From a virus, in the IMG/VR virus record IMGVR_UViG_3300035670_000065, positions 1 through 64,000 of that record: a stretch of DNA of 64,000 nucleotides, one strand, 5' to 3'. The notes beneath the pieces were generated by a model, which worked only from the letters and a program-made list of their open reading frames with translations, made no database searches and had not been told where the DNA came from. Below are positions 38,032 through 46,856 of the stretch, piece by piece. A program made the position numbers and the translations under genes. Each line of letters begins with the position of its first letter. The first letter of the stretch is position 1.

Positions 38032-39963
38032 TTATTCGTCACTAATTCTAGACGCGTTAGCAGAACCGCCTGCAGTACCAAGAGAACCAGTACCTTCAGA
38101 AGTTTTAATCTTAGGTGTACCTCCACCGTTACGAACACGGAAGAATAGGTTTCTATCCTGTAAGTAAACACCTGTGAAGGTCATCGTAGCACCAGCGGAA
38201 GCATCATCAATGTAGCTAATAAATATATTAGCACCGTTTGCCGCAGTATTAGTACTGAAGTCCGTACTACCAATAGTAAACGTAGAACCTGAGTAAGAGG
38301 TATACGCATGACGGGTATATGCACCATTAGTACGCTTAATACGAATTGTACCTGTTGAAGGAGTATCTGTTGGGATTGCTCCTGAAACCACTACAGCTAC
38401 TACAGCCGTACCAGATAGTGCACCATTTAAAGTTAGCTGTCCTAGGTTAATATCATTAACCGGGGCACCATTAACTGTACCTGTAACTGTACCTGAAGTA
38501 ATAGTACTGTTATCAGCAGGTACTGTACCGGTAAGCATTGGACCAATCCACATTTGACCAGTTGTACCGTAGTCTAATAGTTTGTGCAACTTGGCCGTTC
38601 CGGCCGGACTGGCAAACGTTAGGGTACTTCCCTCTACGAACGGGCCATTGGTTTCCGCATCGTAGTTTAGTCTATATCCACGCTCAGCAACTAGAACACG
38701 GTCACCACTTACTAAGTTACCCATTGTAAAGGTAACGTTGTTAGGAGGTGTAATTGGGTTACCAGTGATAAGGTCAATAACCGAATCAGTATATGCTAGG
38801 TCTAGGTTATCAACACCGAAACCATATGCACCGATAAGAGCAGAACCCGTAGATTGACCGCAAGCTGGGAAGCTTAGTGCCTTTTCAGCAACTGCTGTGA
38901 AAGTAGCATTTGCGGCATCTGGAGAGGCTTGAACAATGGTTTTTGTGCCATCAGTCATAGCAGGTGCTGCACCTGTCAGCAACTGAACCCAGATCTTGTT
39001 AGAACCATTATCTGCTAGAACTTGTGCTGTAGCTCCGTTACCGAAGGTTACTGAAGTACCTTCGTCAAATGTGCCTGTTAAACTAGTGTATGTTAATTCG
39101 TGTGTGATACCACGGAAGAGTTCGCCGTTTAGACCATATAGTGTAGAACCAGACCCTTGGCGGGTTAGGTACTTAATACGTTCGTACAGGTCGTTAATAC
39201 CTGCTCCGTTTAGGTCCCAACGTGAGTAGTATGCTTCGTTAACAGTATCAATGTTAACGTCCATTGTATTGTAACCTTCAGCATCATTTGCAATATCGCT
39301 ATAAGGCGATGCTGTCATGTTACCTTCTGTCTCTTGATTGTTCAAGTCATCAGCATACGTTAACGCAGACACGTTATTACCACGTGAGGTCCCGTTAATC
39401 TTGAACTCAGAGAATGTCTTACCCCAAACACGAGTTTGAGTAATTAGACGACGTCCGTCAATATCTGCCCCTGCAGTACGCACTTTAAGCATAAAACGGT
39501 GTGAAATACCGTTGGCTTCATCACGGTTAATACCTTTGAAAGTATCTCCATCGGGAATACTGTTCCAGAAATCATTAGCAATAACTGCCCCGTTCTGGAT
39601 AACTTGCATGTCCATGCCTTTATTCGCATAGACTAAGATACCGTCATAAATTATGTTACCCTCATCCTGGATAATAGATCCGCCAAAGATGTATTCGGCT
39701 GTAGTATCATCAATGTTATAGCCATTGATAAGCGTAATAATGTTATCCGTTGAACGGTCAGAGGGGGTATCTCTAGAGATATCCATGTAATCATCTGCCG
39801 CTACTTGGGAAGCGTCATCAGCAAGACCTTGTAACCAACGGTGTAACTCAATAACAGTAACGTAATTTACGCCAGCTGTTCCATGAGCAAATGTCCCACC
39901 GCCGTCTAGGTAACGAATATCCTTATCGTTCTGAATCTCCCAACGGGCTGCATCTAGTGCCAT
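38032..39963 (-). CDS. Putative major structural subunit of the accessory cassette
   Basis: 643 aa; YVTVIELHRWLQGLADD...TPSDRSTDNIITLINGYNID; AAGGA RBS; followed by a terminator. Confidence 0.65.
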   Translation of the reverse strand: MALDAARWEIQNDKDIRYLDGGGTFAHGTAGVNYVTVIELHRWLQGLADDASQVAADDYMDISRDTPSDRSTDNIITLINGYNIDDTTAEYIFGGSIIQDEGNIIYDGILVYANKGMDMQVIQNGAVIANDFWNSIPDGDTFKGINRDEANGISHRFMLKVRTAGADIDGRRLITQTRVWGKTFSEFKINGTSRGNNVSALTYADDLNNQETEGNMTASPYSDIANDAEGYNTMDVNIDTVNEAYYSRWDLNGAGINDLYERIKYLTRQGSGSTLYGLNGELFRGITHELTYTSLTGTFDEGTSVTFGNGATAQVLADNGSNKIWVQLLTGAAPAMTDGTKTIVQASPDAANATFTAVAEKALSFPACGQSTGSALIGAYGFGVDNLDLAYTDSVIDLITGNPITPPNNVTFTMGNLVSGDRVLVAERGYRLNYDAETNGPFVEGSTLTFASPAGTAKLHKLLDYGTTGQMWIGPMLTGTVPADNSTITSGTVTGTVNGAPVNDINLGQLTLNGALSGTAVVAVVVSGAIPTDTPSTGTIRIKRTNGAYTRHAYTSYSGSTFTIGSTDFSTNTAANGANIFISYIDDASAGATMTFTGVYLQDRNLFFRVRNGGGTPKIKTSEGTGSLGTAGGSANASRISDE

Positions 39964-39975
39964 AGTAATCCTTTC

Positions 39976-40416
39976 TTAACTATAACTCAGGGATATTCTG
40001 TCATCCCATATATTATCAAAATTTGCGTCTCCATCAGCCCAAGTCTCTGATACATCACCATCAATCCCTAGAACAAGCTTTCTTATTCTCCAGGCTGCTG
40101 CCGATGTTAAAGAGCCTACAGCCGCTTCACCGCGGTAAATTAAACTATCTGTTACAAAATCTGTTTGCTTTGCGTAAGGCATTTCTTCCTCTCCACCGGG
40201 TGGACCTGCTGGACCTTGGGGCCCTTGTGCTCCTGATGCAACTAGTATCGTAGTGGAAGGTACTTCAACTACTACGTTGGTATTTTCTGTAGAAGTAATT
40301 ATGGAACTAGTATCTACTTCTACACATATAGTGGATACTTCAGACTCCGTAACAGTATATGTATTGTCTACAGTACTTACTATTATCTGAGTACTTTCAG
40401 TAACTAACGATTCCAT
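39976..40416 (-). CDS. Hypothetical protein with a short collagen-like motif
   Basis: GAQGPQGPAGPPG; YRGEAAVGS...AAWRI...WDDR; possible internal start at MPYAKQ. Confidence 0.6.
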   Translation of the reverse strand: MESLVTESTQIIVSTVDNTYTVTESEVSTICVEVDTSSIITSTENTNVVVEVPSTTILVASGAQGPQGPAGPPGGEEEMPYAKQTDFVTDSLIYRGEAAVGSLTSAAAWRIRKLVLGIDGDVSETWADGDANFDNIWDDRISLSYS

Positions 40417-41006
40417 TATCTAGTTACTTCTTTGACTAAAGTTATTGTGCCTGTAGCTAGAGGGGTTACTACTCCGCCTGCACTTACTAGTTCTAAACTG
40501 TATACAGCGCTATTAAAAGTGTATGCCGCAGTAGTAGTGGCCGACACGCCTAGTCCAACCGTAAAATCAGTAGTATTAATTACTAACTTTCCATTTTCTG
40601 TAGTATATTCATCCAGTGTAGTCGTATCATCTATTTTGGCACGTAACTGCATTCTTGCAGTATACCCCGTTAAGTTGATAGGCTCATTATACTCAATGAC
40701 TCCCCCGCTAATATAGGTCTTATACCCTAGGGAATTAACAGCATTTAATTCAATTGTATCGGAGGTTAATTTAGTAGCAATATGGTATGTTTCAGTATTA
40801 TTAATATCCGTCATACCTACCACGTTGGTAATTTTTATTCTCCAACCATTAGGTACACCGTGTGAAGCACACGTGATAACACAGGGAGCAGCATTGCTGA
40901 TCCCTGTGATAGATTTATATATTTTCTTACTAGATTCCCAGCGGAGTACCTCGTTGAACGTACTGCCTTGGTAAATCTTCAGGTTTAATTTAGCTGGCGA
41001 CGCCAT
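40416..41006 (-). CDS. Putative virion attachment protein (BppU-like frame with an E1-FCCH-like insert)
   Basis: LNLKIYQGSTF...INLTGYTARMQLR...AVYSLEL...GTITLVKEVTR with an inserted ITGISNAAPCVITCASHG. Confidence 0.6.
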   Translation of the reverse strand: MASPAKLNLKIYQGSTFNEVLRWESSKKIYKSITGISNAAPCVITCASHGVPNGWRIKITNVVGMTDINNTETYHIATKLTSDTIELNAVNSLGYKTYISGGVIEYNEPINLTGYTARMQLRAKIDDTTTLDEYTTENGKLVINTTDFTVGLGVSATTTAAYTFNSAVYSLELVSAGGVVTPLATGTITLVKEVTR

Positions 41007-41046
41007 CGGAACTCCTTATGAAGAGATTGTAGTTTCATTTTTCTAT

Positions 41047-41075
41047 ATTATACCATGGGAGGTACCATGTGTCAA
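41047..41075 (-). promoter_or_regulatory. Consensus sigma70 promoter driving the 28.6-41.0 kb cassette and lysis genes
   Basis: On the - strand: TTGACA-17 nt-TATAAT, 40 nt upstream of the start at 41006. Confidence 0.85.
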
Positions 41076-41093
41076 TGATAGAAATTTATCACC

Positions 41094-41459
41094 CTACTTA
41101 GTATCGTGCTTGTGCAATTCTATCATCTGGTCCTGCATTTGCTTCTGCCAGGTTACTAGAAACTCCTGTCTAGTATTCATAATATCTACTTGTTCCTTAA
41201 GACCTATAAATCTAGTATTATCAAGCTGCATATGATACCACATTATTGAGCCTCCGAACATTAGAGCTAGAAATACAAAGCATACTAGAACAAACATACC
41301 TTTAATAAAAGTTATATGCTGGTCTAATACTTTACTAATAGACTTGACAGTACCGAGGTCATAACTAGTGGCCTGCATACGCTCCAAGGAATGCTCAATT
41401 TCAGCCAGAACTTGTTTAGACTTAATTACATCTGGGTCTAATGATCTTGAATCATCCAT
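41094..41459 (-). CDS. Single-TM membrane protein
   Basis: Central hydrophobic helix flanked by coiled coils. Confidence 0.6.
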   Translation of the reverse strand: MDDSRSLDPDVIKSKQVLAEIEHSLERMQATSYDLGTVKSISKVLDQHITFIKGMFVLVCFVFLALMFGGSIMWYHMQLDNTRFIGLKEQVDIMNTRQEFLVTWQKQMQDQMIELHKHDTK

Positions 41460-41893
41460 CTTGCATCCTTTTCTAGCATCTCTACTTTAGTTAATAGTCG
41501 TGCATTCTCGGTATTGAGAATCTGCATATTTCCCTTACAGTCGTCTAAATTGTCTCCCAGCCTATCTACTAGCTCTTTAAGAATGCGTACTTGGCTAGTA
41601 AGGTGCTGAACCTCTAAAGTTAACTTTGCTACCTTAGATATGGCTTCCATACGCTCGGCTTCACTAACTTGTAACTTTACCTGTATCTTAGAAGACTCCT
41701 CGAATGCTTTATCCCGCTGTTTCTCTAGATGAGTAATTACGCTTTCCTCTGCTCTATCTTTAACGATTTCTACAGTATCTCTGCTAACCTTTCGTTTTAG
41801 AGCTAAAGCTATGCCACCCAGTGTAGTGGCTGCAGTTATTAATCCAGTTATAATCGTATTTAAATCTAATTGCAAAGCTATTGGATCACTCAT
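41438..41893 (-). CDS. N-terminal TM plus coiled-coil protein (lysis-accessory-like)
   Basis: IITGLITAATTLGGIALAL followed by a long heptad region. Confidence 0.6.
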   Translation of the reverse strand: MSDPIALQLDLNTIITGLITAATTLGGIALALKRKVSRDTVEIVKDRAEESVITHLEKQRDKAFEESSKIQVKLQVSEAERMEAISKVAKLTLEVQHLTSQVRILKELVDRLGDNLDDCKGNMQILNTENARLLTKVEMLEKDARWMIQDH

Positions 41894-42314
41894 TTTTCTT
41901 CTCCCAATCTATGGGATACCTAACAAGTATCCACCAACTCATTATAGCTGCTACGATTTCTGCACTAATTGCCGCAGGTGGGGGGTACACACTAAGTAGC
42001 ATTGCTACACATGACCCTGTCCATAGCATACATCCCAGTACTGCATCGGTTACTAATAATAGCTTATCTCTGGACTTATGTATAATAGAGTACAATCCAG
42101 CCAATCCTTGGAGCCCAAATAATATAGCCCAAGTAGTTTCATTTGCAAACTTACTCATGAGAGTATAAGTTGGCCGAGCGAATGTATCGCCCGGCCAAAA
42201 TAGTAGAAATGACCAAAATATAGAAGCTAAAGACACGAAGAATCTAGAAGCAATTAGGTCCGAGCCCCACATAATATCGTGGAGCCTCATTTTAAGAAAT
42301 TGATAGTAGCTCAT
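41886..42314 (-). CDS. Multi-pass membrane protein (about 4 TM)
   Basis: Four hydrophobic segments; ATGA coupling on the 5' side. Confidence 0.65.
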   Translation of the reverse strand: MSYYQFLKMRLHDIMWGSDLIASRFFVSLASIFWSFLLFWPGDTFARPTYTLMSKFANETTWAILFGLQGLAGLYSIIHKSRDKLLLVTDAVLGCMLWTGSCVAMLLSVYPPPAAISAEIVAAIMSWWILVRYPIDWEKKNE

Positions 42315-42586
42315 TTGAAGAAAGACCTAATAAAATACCATACGCTCTCATGGCTAGCCTTATGGTGCACTGGATCAGCTTTAGGGAACCCAACATCAAC
42401 TAGGTTTTGAAACCTTTCATTCTGATCTGCTACTACTTCAGTTAGTACCCCCATCTCTTCCCTAATGTGTGCCTCTAGTCTGGAGTCAATACGTTGTACA
42501 ATATCTAATAACTCTATAATTAGGTCATCTGAGTGTCTGTGATGTTGCGTTGGTTTAGGGTCTGTATCACGATTATGTTCTTCCAT
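42311..42586 (-). CDS. Hypothetical protein resembling the soluble part of some phage holins
   Basis: GFPKADPVHHKASHE motif; GAGGG RBS. Confidence 0.5.
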   Translation of the reverse strand: MEEHNRDTDPKPTQHHRHSDDLIIELLDIVQRIDSRLEAHIREEMGVLTEVVADQNERFQNLVDVGFPKADPVHHKASHESVWYFIRSFFK

Positions 42587-42594
42587 GTACCCTC

Positions 42595-43059
42595 CTATTC
42601 TAAATAAATCAGAGGTTTATTTATCTCCTTAATAAATTCAGACGGTATATTAGAGCCGGAATTAAGATTAAGTATTTTTCTTACATATTCTACGCACTGT
42701 ACTCCCGGCATCGCTTCTATATTAGATAGAGATAATACGGCGTCTAGTATTGAATAATCCGTAATCCCTATATCAGAGAAAGCTCTGTCTTCCATTTCCG
42801 CTGTGAAATCCATATCCATATGAATAACTGAGAAAGGTAGAAAGTTACTTAAAGGTACTACTCTAACTTTAGGAGGAACAGCTTCTAAAACAAGTAGTCT
42901 ACCCCTATAATTCCAAGCTACTCCTACATGAATATAATCGGAACTTGTAAAGGTTTTTACTAGTAGCCCTTTTAAATCATACAGGGAACTAAGTCCCCTG
43001 TATGACCAGACTAGAATATCACCAGATTTAATCTTATCGCGATATTCTACGTACTTCAT
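42595..43059 (-). CDS. Permuted papain-like NlpC/P60 (YiiX/YebB-type) hydrolase
   Basis: IKSGDILV, YIHVGVA (His), VLEA, QCVEYV (Cys after His). Confidence 0.75.
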   Translation of the reverse strand: MKYVEYRDKIKSGDILVWSYRGLSSLYDLKGLLVKTFTSSDYIHVGVAWNYRGRLLVLEAVPPKVRVVPLSNFLPFSVIHMDMDFTAEMEDRAFSDIGITDYSILDAVLSLSNIEAMPGVQCVEYVRKILNLNSGSNIPSEFIKEINKPLIYLE

Positions 43060-44168
43060 GATGCTCTATTCTCTTCGCTTTCAGAGAACTCACACAATGC
43101 ATCTACTCTAGTAATCTGAGGTAGAGGATTCAACCTTAGTTTCCAATACAACGCGCCAGCCGGCTCTGGATCACGTTTAAGTACGTTATTGTATAGTAGC
43201 TTTACATAGGTCTCATCATCTACATTAGAGCCAAATCTACTAATAAACTCTGGGCTATTGATAAACTCTTTAGCAAGTACCTGAAGAGGTATACCTCTTT
43301 TAAGTTCCCCTGTCCAGTATTCCAAACCCTTAGGCTCTGGTGCACGGTTAAGTGCTGCTTTGTAAAGCCTAATAACCATCTGCTCATGTGGATCCATAGT
43401 CATTCCTGCAAATTGTGTAAATACCCATAAGTCGTGAATATCTGCTTGAGCAAATCCGTAAGGTATAAAGGCGTATCCATTATTACCCCAACCTGTACCC
43501 CAAGAGTTTTCAACAATCCAACATTGTTTATTATCATCATAACCTACAATAAGCATAGCATGGCTACCAATAGCTGGTTTTGTATAATAACTATTAACTA
43601 TATACCACTGGTATATTTCGCCATCAGAGTTATCAGTCTTAGGAAAGTCTAAGAAAGGGGCTTTTAGAAACATACCTACAAGCACTGGACAACCTAATGC
43701 TAGAGCGGTTTTAACCCCTATCATATTGTAGTTCTCAATACGTTCGTATCTACCTACTTTCCATGCTTCTGCTTCTTTATATGCCTGTTCAGGCGGTTTA
43801 TCATTAACTGCCCAAGTTACAAAAGGCCACGTAGATTCTAGGCATACTCCTTGCTTATTGAGGCAACGACATATATCTCGCATATATGCTCCCCCATCTT
43901 GACCATGAAGATTAGGGTACTCAGCACGCTCGTTATAGTATAGGAACAATCTAGAGAAGTCTAGCTCTTTTCCGGCTCTCTTAGCCCAGATTTCGCAGGC
44001 ACTAACTCCCGCATTTGCGGTGCAGGAGTTAGTGTTCTGTTGGTTCTCTATATTACCAGCGTACTTTCTAAGGTCTACAACTGGGGGCAATCCAGTTGTA
44101 GTTCCTGTAAATACATAATCCCTAGGGTCGGGTAAATCTGGTTTTAGGTTAGTTAATTGATAGGTCAT
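43056..44168 (-). CDS. Papain-family (C1) cysteine protease fused to DUF4214 repeats
   Basis: PDLPDPRDY, VDLR, QQNTNSCTANA, SRLFLYY, HAMLIVGY, ENSWG; C-terminal RLYKAALNRAPEPKGLEYW...FINSPEF...LLYNNVLKRDPEPAGALYW...FSESEE. Confidence 0.9.
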   Translation of the reverse strand: MTYQLTNLKPDLPDPRDYVFTGTTTGLPPVVDLRKYAGNIENQQNTNSCTANAGVSACEIWAKRAGKELDFSRLFLYYNERAEYPNLHGQDGGAYMRDICRCLNKQGVCLESTWPFVTWAVNDKPPEQAYKEAEAWKVGRYERIENYNMIGVKTALALGCPVLVGMFLKAPFLDFPKTDNSDGEIYQWYIVNSYYTKPAIGSHAMLIVGYDDNKQCWIVENSWGTGWGNNGYAFIPYGFAQADIHDLWVFTQFAGMTMDPHEQMVIRLYKAALNRAPEPKGLEYWTGELKRGIPLQVLAKEFINSPEFISRFGSNVDDETYVKLLYNNVLKRDPEPAGALYWKLRLNPLPQITRVDALCEFSESEENRAS

Positions 44169-44182
44169 ATAGGTTCTCCAAT

Positions 44183-44545
44183 TTAGGGTGTTAATATTTC
44201 CAAGGATCTGCCAACTGTAAGTATTCCAGCAGTCTCAAGGGCTTCTACACCCTCTATTGTACGAATATCAGTTAAATCTACAATGCTTGCCGCGCTTAAA
44301 TCATCTAACCAGATTTTAATTAATAAATTGGTTGTTGCAGCAGTATATATCGCTACCTTTTCTTCATTAGTAAACCTACTACGAAAATCTAAAACACTTA
44401 ATTTACTTGTAGGAGATTCTAATATATTAAATTGCTTAAATGGATCTACAAATATAGTACTTTCTGTACGCCAGCCCTGTTCTTTTTCATCCCATTCTAT
44501 AGAATTTGATTCTATTAGTAATTGCTCACCATTCATTAGTTTCAT
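44183..44545 (-). CDS. Tail fibre-associated hypothetical protein
   Basis: LSVLDFRSRFTNEEK...VDLTD...GILTVGRSLEIL motif, usually found after fibre genes. Confidence 0.55.
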   Translation of the reverse strand: MKLMNGEQLLIESNSIEWDEKEQGWRTESTIFVDPFKQFNILESPTSKLSVLDFRSRFTNEEKVAIYTAATTNLLIKIWLDDLSAASIVDLTDIRTIEGVEALETAGILTVGRSLEILTP

Positions 44546-46149
44546 TTGGTACCTCTCAATGTAGCAGTGGTACCAATAACTGAGCCTTTACATCCTGGTA
44601 CTGTTGCAGTAGTAGAATCAAAAACTCCACCTGCACTAAATTGCTGATTAATAGTATATGTACCTTCTGTAGCAATTCGGATAGTTTGCCCAACAGTTTT
44701 AGATTCTAAAGCAACTCCTAAGATAGATTTACGAGCAGTATTATAATAAAAATCTGCTATATATAAAGCTCCTGGTTCCTTAAATGTGCCTACAATATTT
44801 CCGGAGGAGTGAAGTATTGCGCTTGAGGCTAAAATTGGATTCCCATTATCTCCTCTTAGTATAACAGCATTACCAACACTCCCACCTAAAGGTGTGCAAG
44901 TAAATATAGCTGCATCATAACTACCGTCACTATTGGCATAAGATATGCGATATATAACAAAACCTGAAGCACCTAAGTTAAATGCTTTGATTGCTGTGCC
45001 AGTAGTACTGGTAGTACCCCCATTCAAGCCACTGGCAGTTAAGGACCTTACTGGTAATACGTTTTTTCCGGTTGCATCATATGTGCTAAGATGAGAAGTA
45101 GTACTATATTGAGTTATAACTGCAAAATCTCCAGAATCTAGAGGGACTATAGCTGGTCGTAAGCTAGTAACTACACTAACACCCAAGTCAATTAAACTTC
45201 CTACTGTAGCATTACTAGAGTTATAGATTTGTAAGTCTGGATAACTAGAGCCCTCTCCAAATACAAAAACAAGATTACCATTAGATAGCTCAAAAATTGA
45301 TTTATCTCCATAAGGTATAGCATTTGCACTACTACTGCCTACAGTAGTTAAACTACCTATAATAACTCCACTAGAATTATATCTTGCAAACTTCATTCCT
45401 GCTGTAGCGGTGGACCTATAATAATATATAATAAAATCATTATTAGAACACCCCAATACTTCGAAGTGATAAGGATTACAATTTGATTCTACAATAGTTT
45501 CACTACCTTGAAGTACTCCTGATGGATCATATCTTCTAAAGGTTGCATTAAGAGTAGTTAATTCTGCATAAGCTATTATAAAGTTTCCATTAGGGGTAAC
45601 ATCTATGGCCCAGTAATTATAAGCTGTACTACTCATAGAGTCCACAGTAGTAGCTGCTACAGCTACTGTTCCATCGTTATTATATATAGCAAATTTAATA
45701 GTAGAAGAGGTATTCCACACTACTACAAATTTAGTGCTATTTAATTTATGAATACTGTATCCACCTATACTAGTATCACTAGTTACTGTTACTTTAGATA
45801 TTACGTCAGCCCCCAAAATATTCCGTATTCTAAATTGTAAGTTACTACTAGCTGAGGAACCATTTCCGGAATATAGAAAAACAATATTACCATTTTCTAA
45901 CTCACATACAAAATCATTCATTTTGATATCTATGGTGTAGTTTGCATTGGTTTCCATAGGTGCTGGTGCTTTAATCGCACTACATCCTGCGGTAGTAATA
46001 TTCTCATTAGCAATGCCTAATGCAGCATAAGATTTAAGTACTTTACCTTGTTCAGAGTTAGTAACTAAATCACCGGATGTAATTGTACCTCCAGCTAGTG
46101 CACGGATAACGGCTTGTTGATTAATATTACTTGTAGTATTAATGCCCAT
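44542..46149 (-). CDS. Putative receptor-binding / fibre tip protein (beta-propeller-like)
   Basis: 535 aa, very AT-rich; repeated LxNGN(F/I)V...Y blades. Confidence 0.6.
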   Translation of the reverse strand: MGINTTSNINQQAVIRALAGGTITSGDLVTNSEQGKVLKSYAALGIANENITTAGCSAIKAPAPMETNANYTIDIKMNDFVCELENGNIVFLYSGNGSSASSNLQFRIRNILGADVISKVTVTSDTSIGGYSIHKLNSTKFVVVWNTSSTIKFAIYNNDGTVAVAATTVDSMSSTAYNYWAIDVTPNGNFIIAYAELTTLNATFRRYDPSGVLQGSETIVESNCNPYHFEVLGCSNNDFIIYYYRSTATAGMKFARYNSSGVIIGSLTTVGSSSANAIPYGDKSIFELSNGNLVFVFGEGSSYPDLQIYNSSNATVGSLIDLGVSVVTSLRPAIVPLDSGDFAVITQYSTTSHLSTYDATGKNVLPVRSLTASGLNGGTTSTTGTAIKAFNLGASGFVIYRISYANSDGSYDAAIFTCTPLGGSVGNAVILRGDNGNPILASSAILHSSGNIVGTFKEPGALYIADFYYNTARKSILGVALESKTVGQTIRIATEGTYTINQQFSAGGVFDSTTATVPGCKGSVIGTTATLRGTK

Positions 46150-46152
46150 AGT

Positions 46153-46467
46153 TTACTCCTCAAATCCGTAAATATTAACAGATACATTTGCTAAACTGGA
46201 GTAAGTTACTACGTATTTACCAGTATCCGCAATGACTCCGGTTACTTCAAAAGTGCCATTAGCATCAACTACTGCATCATATACAAGATACTCAGAAGCC
46301 GCTGGTGTAGTAGTAGTAGTGCACACTGCTAGTCTTACTGTAGCTGGAGTAGTATTACGATTACAGAAGTTCACAGTGCATATCCAAGCTTTTGAAGCTG
46401 GCACAGCCGTAGAAGCAGTATTAGTTACAGCTACTAAATCTGCTTTATATAAATTCTTTGCAGGCAT
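46153..46467 (-). CDS. Small virion structural protein
   Basis: VNFCNRNTTPATVRLAV...YLVYD...VNIYGFEE. Confidence 0.6.
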   Translation of the reverse strand: MPAKNLYKADLVAVTNTASTAVPASKAWICTVNFCNRNTTPATVRLAVCTTTTTPAASEYLVYDAVVDANGTFEVTGVIADTGKYVVTYSSLANVSVNIYGFEE

Positions 46468-46821
46468 TTACATGCTCCCCATAAAATAGGCTTTTCCTAA
46501 TGAACTACCTGCCGATACATTGGCATCTAGCTTATTAATAGCCTGCAGGATTGTGTCGCTGGCTGATATAGTACCTGCTGCAGATGTAAAGCCTGTTAAT
46601 AACTGTCCTGTAACATCTGCAGCTGTAGCAGCCGCCACAGTACCGGATGAGGACTTCAGCAATCCGGAAGTGACTGCAGACATAGTAATAGAACCTACAT
46701 TAATCGCCTCACTGTTCTGGAATGCCATATTACCCACATCTGATACAGTTACTGCAGCTGTGGGTCCTGTGGCGGTAATTACCTTACCGCCCAGGTTAAT
46801 ACCTTCTTTTACTTTAAACAT
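46468..46821 (-). CDS. Short fibre-like protein
   Basis: LTGFTSAAGTISASDTILQAINKLD fibre repeat; C-terminal GKAYFMG. Confidence 0.6.
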   Translation of the reverse strand: MFKVKEGINLGGKVITATGPTAAVTVSDVGNMAFQNSEAINVGSITMSAVTSGLLKSSSGTVAAATAADVTGQLLTGFTSAAGTISASDTILQAINKLDANVSAGSSLGKAYFMGSM

Positions 46822-46856
46822 AACTCGTCCCTTTCTTTGAATCGGAGTTAATTACT

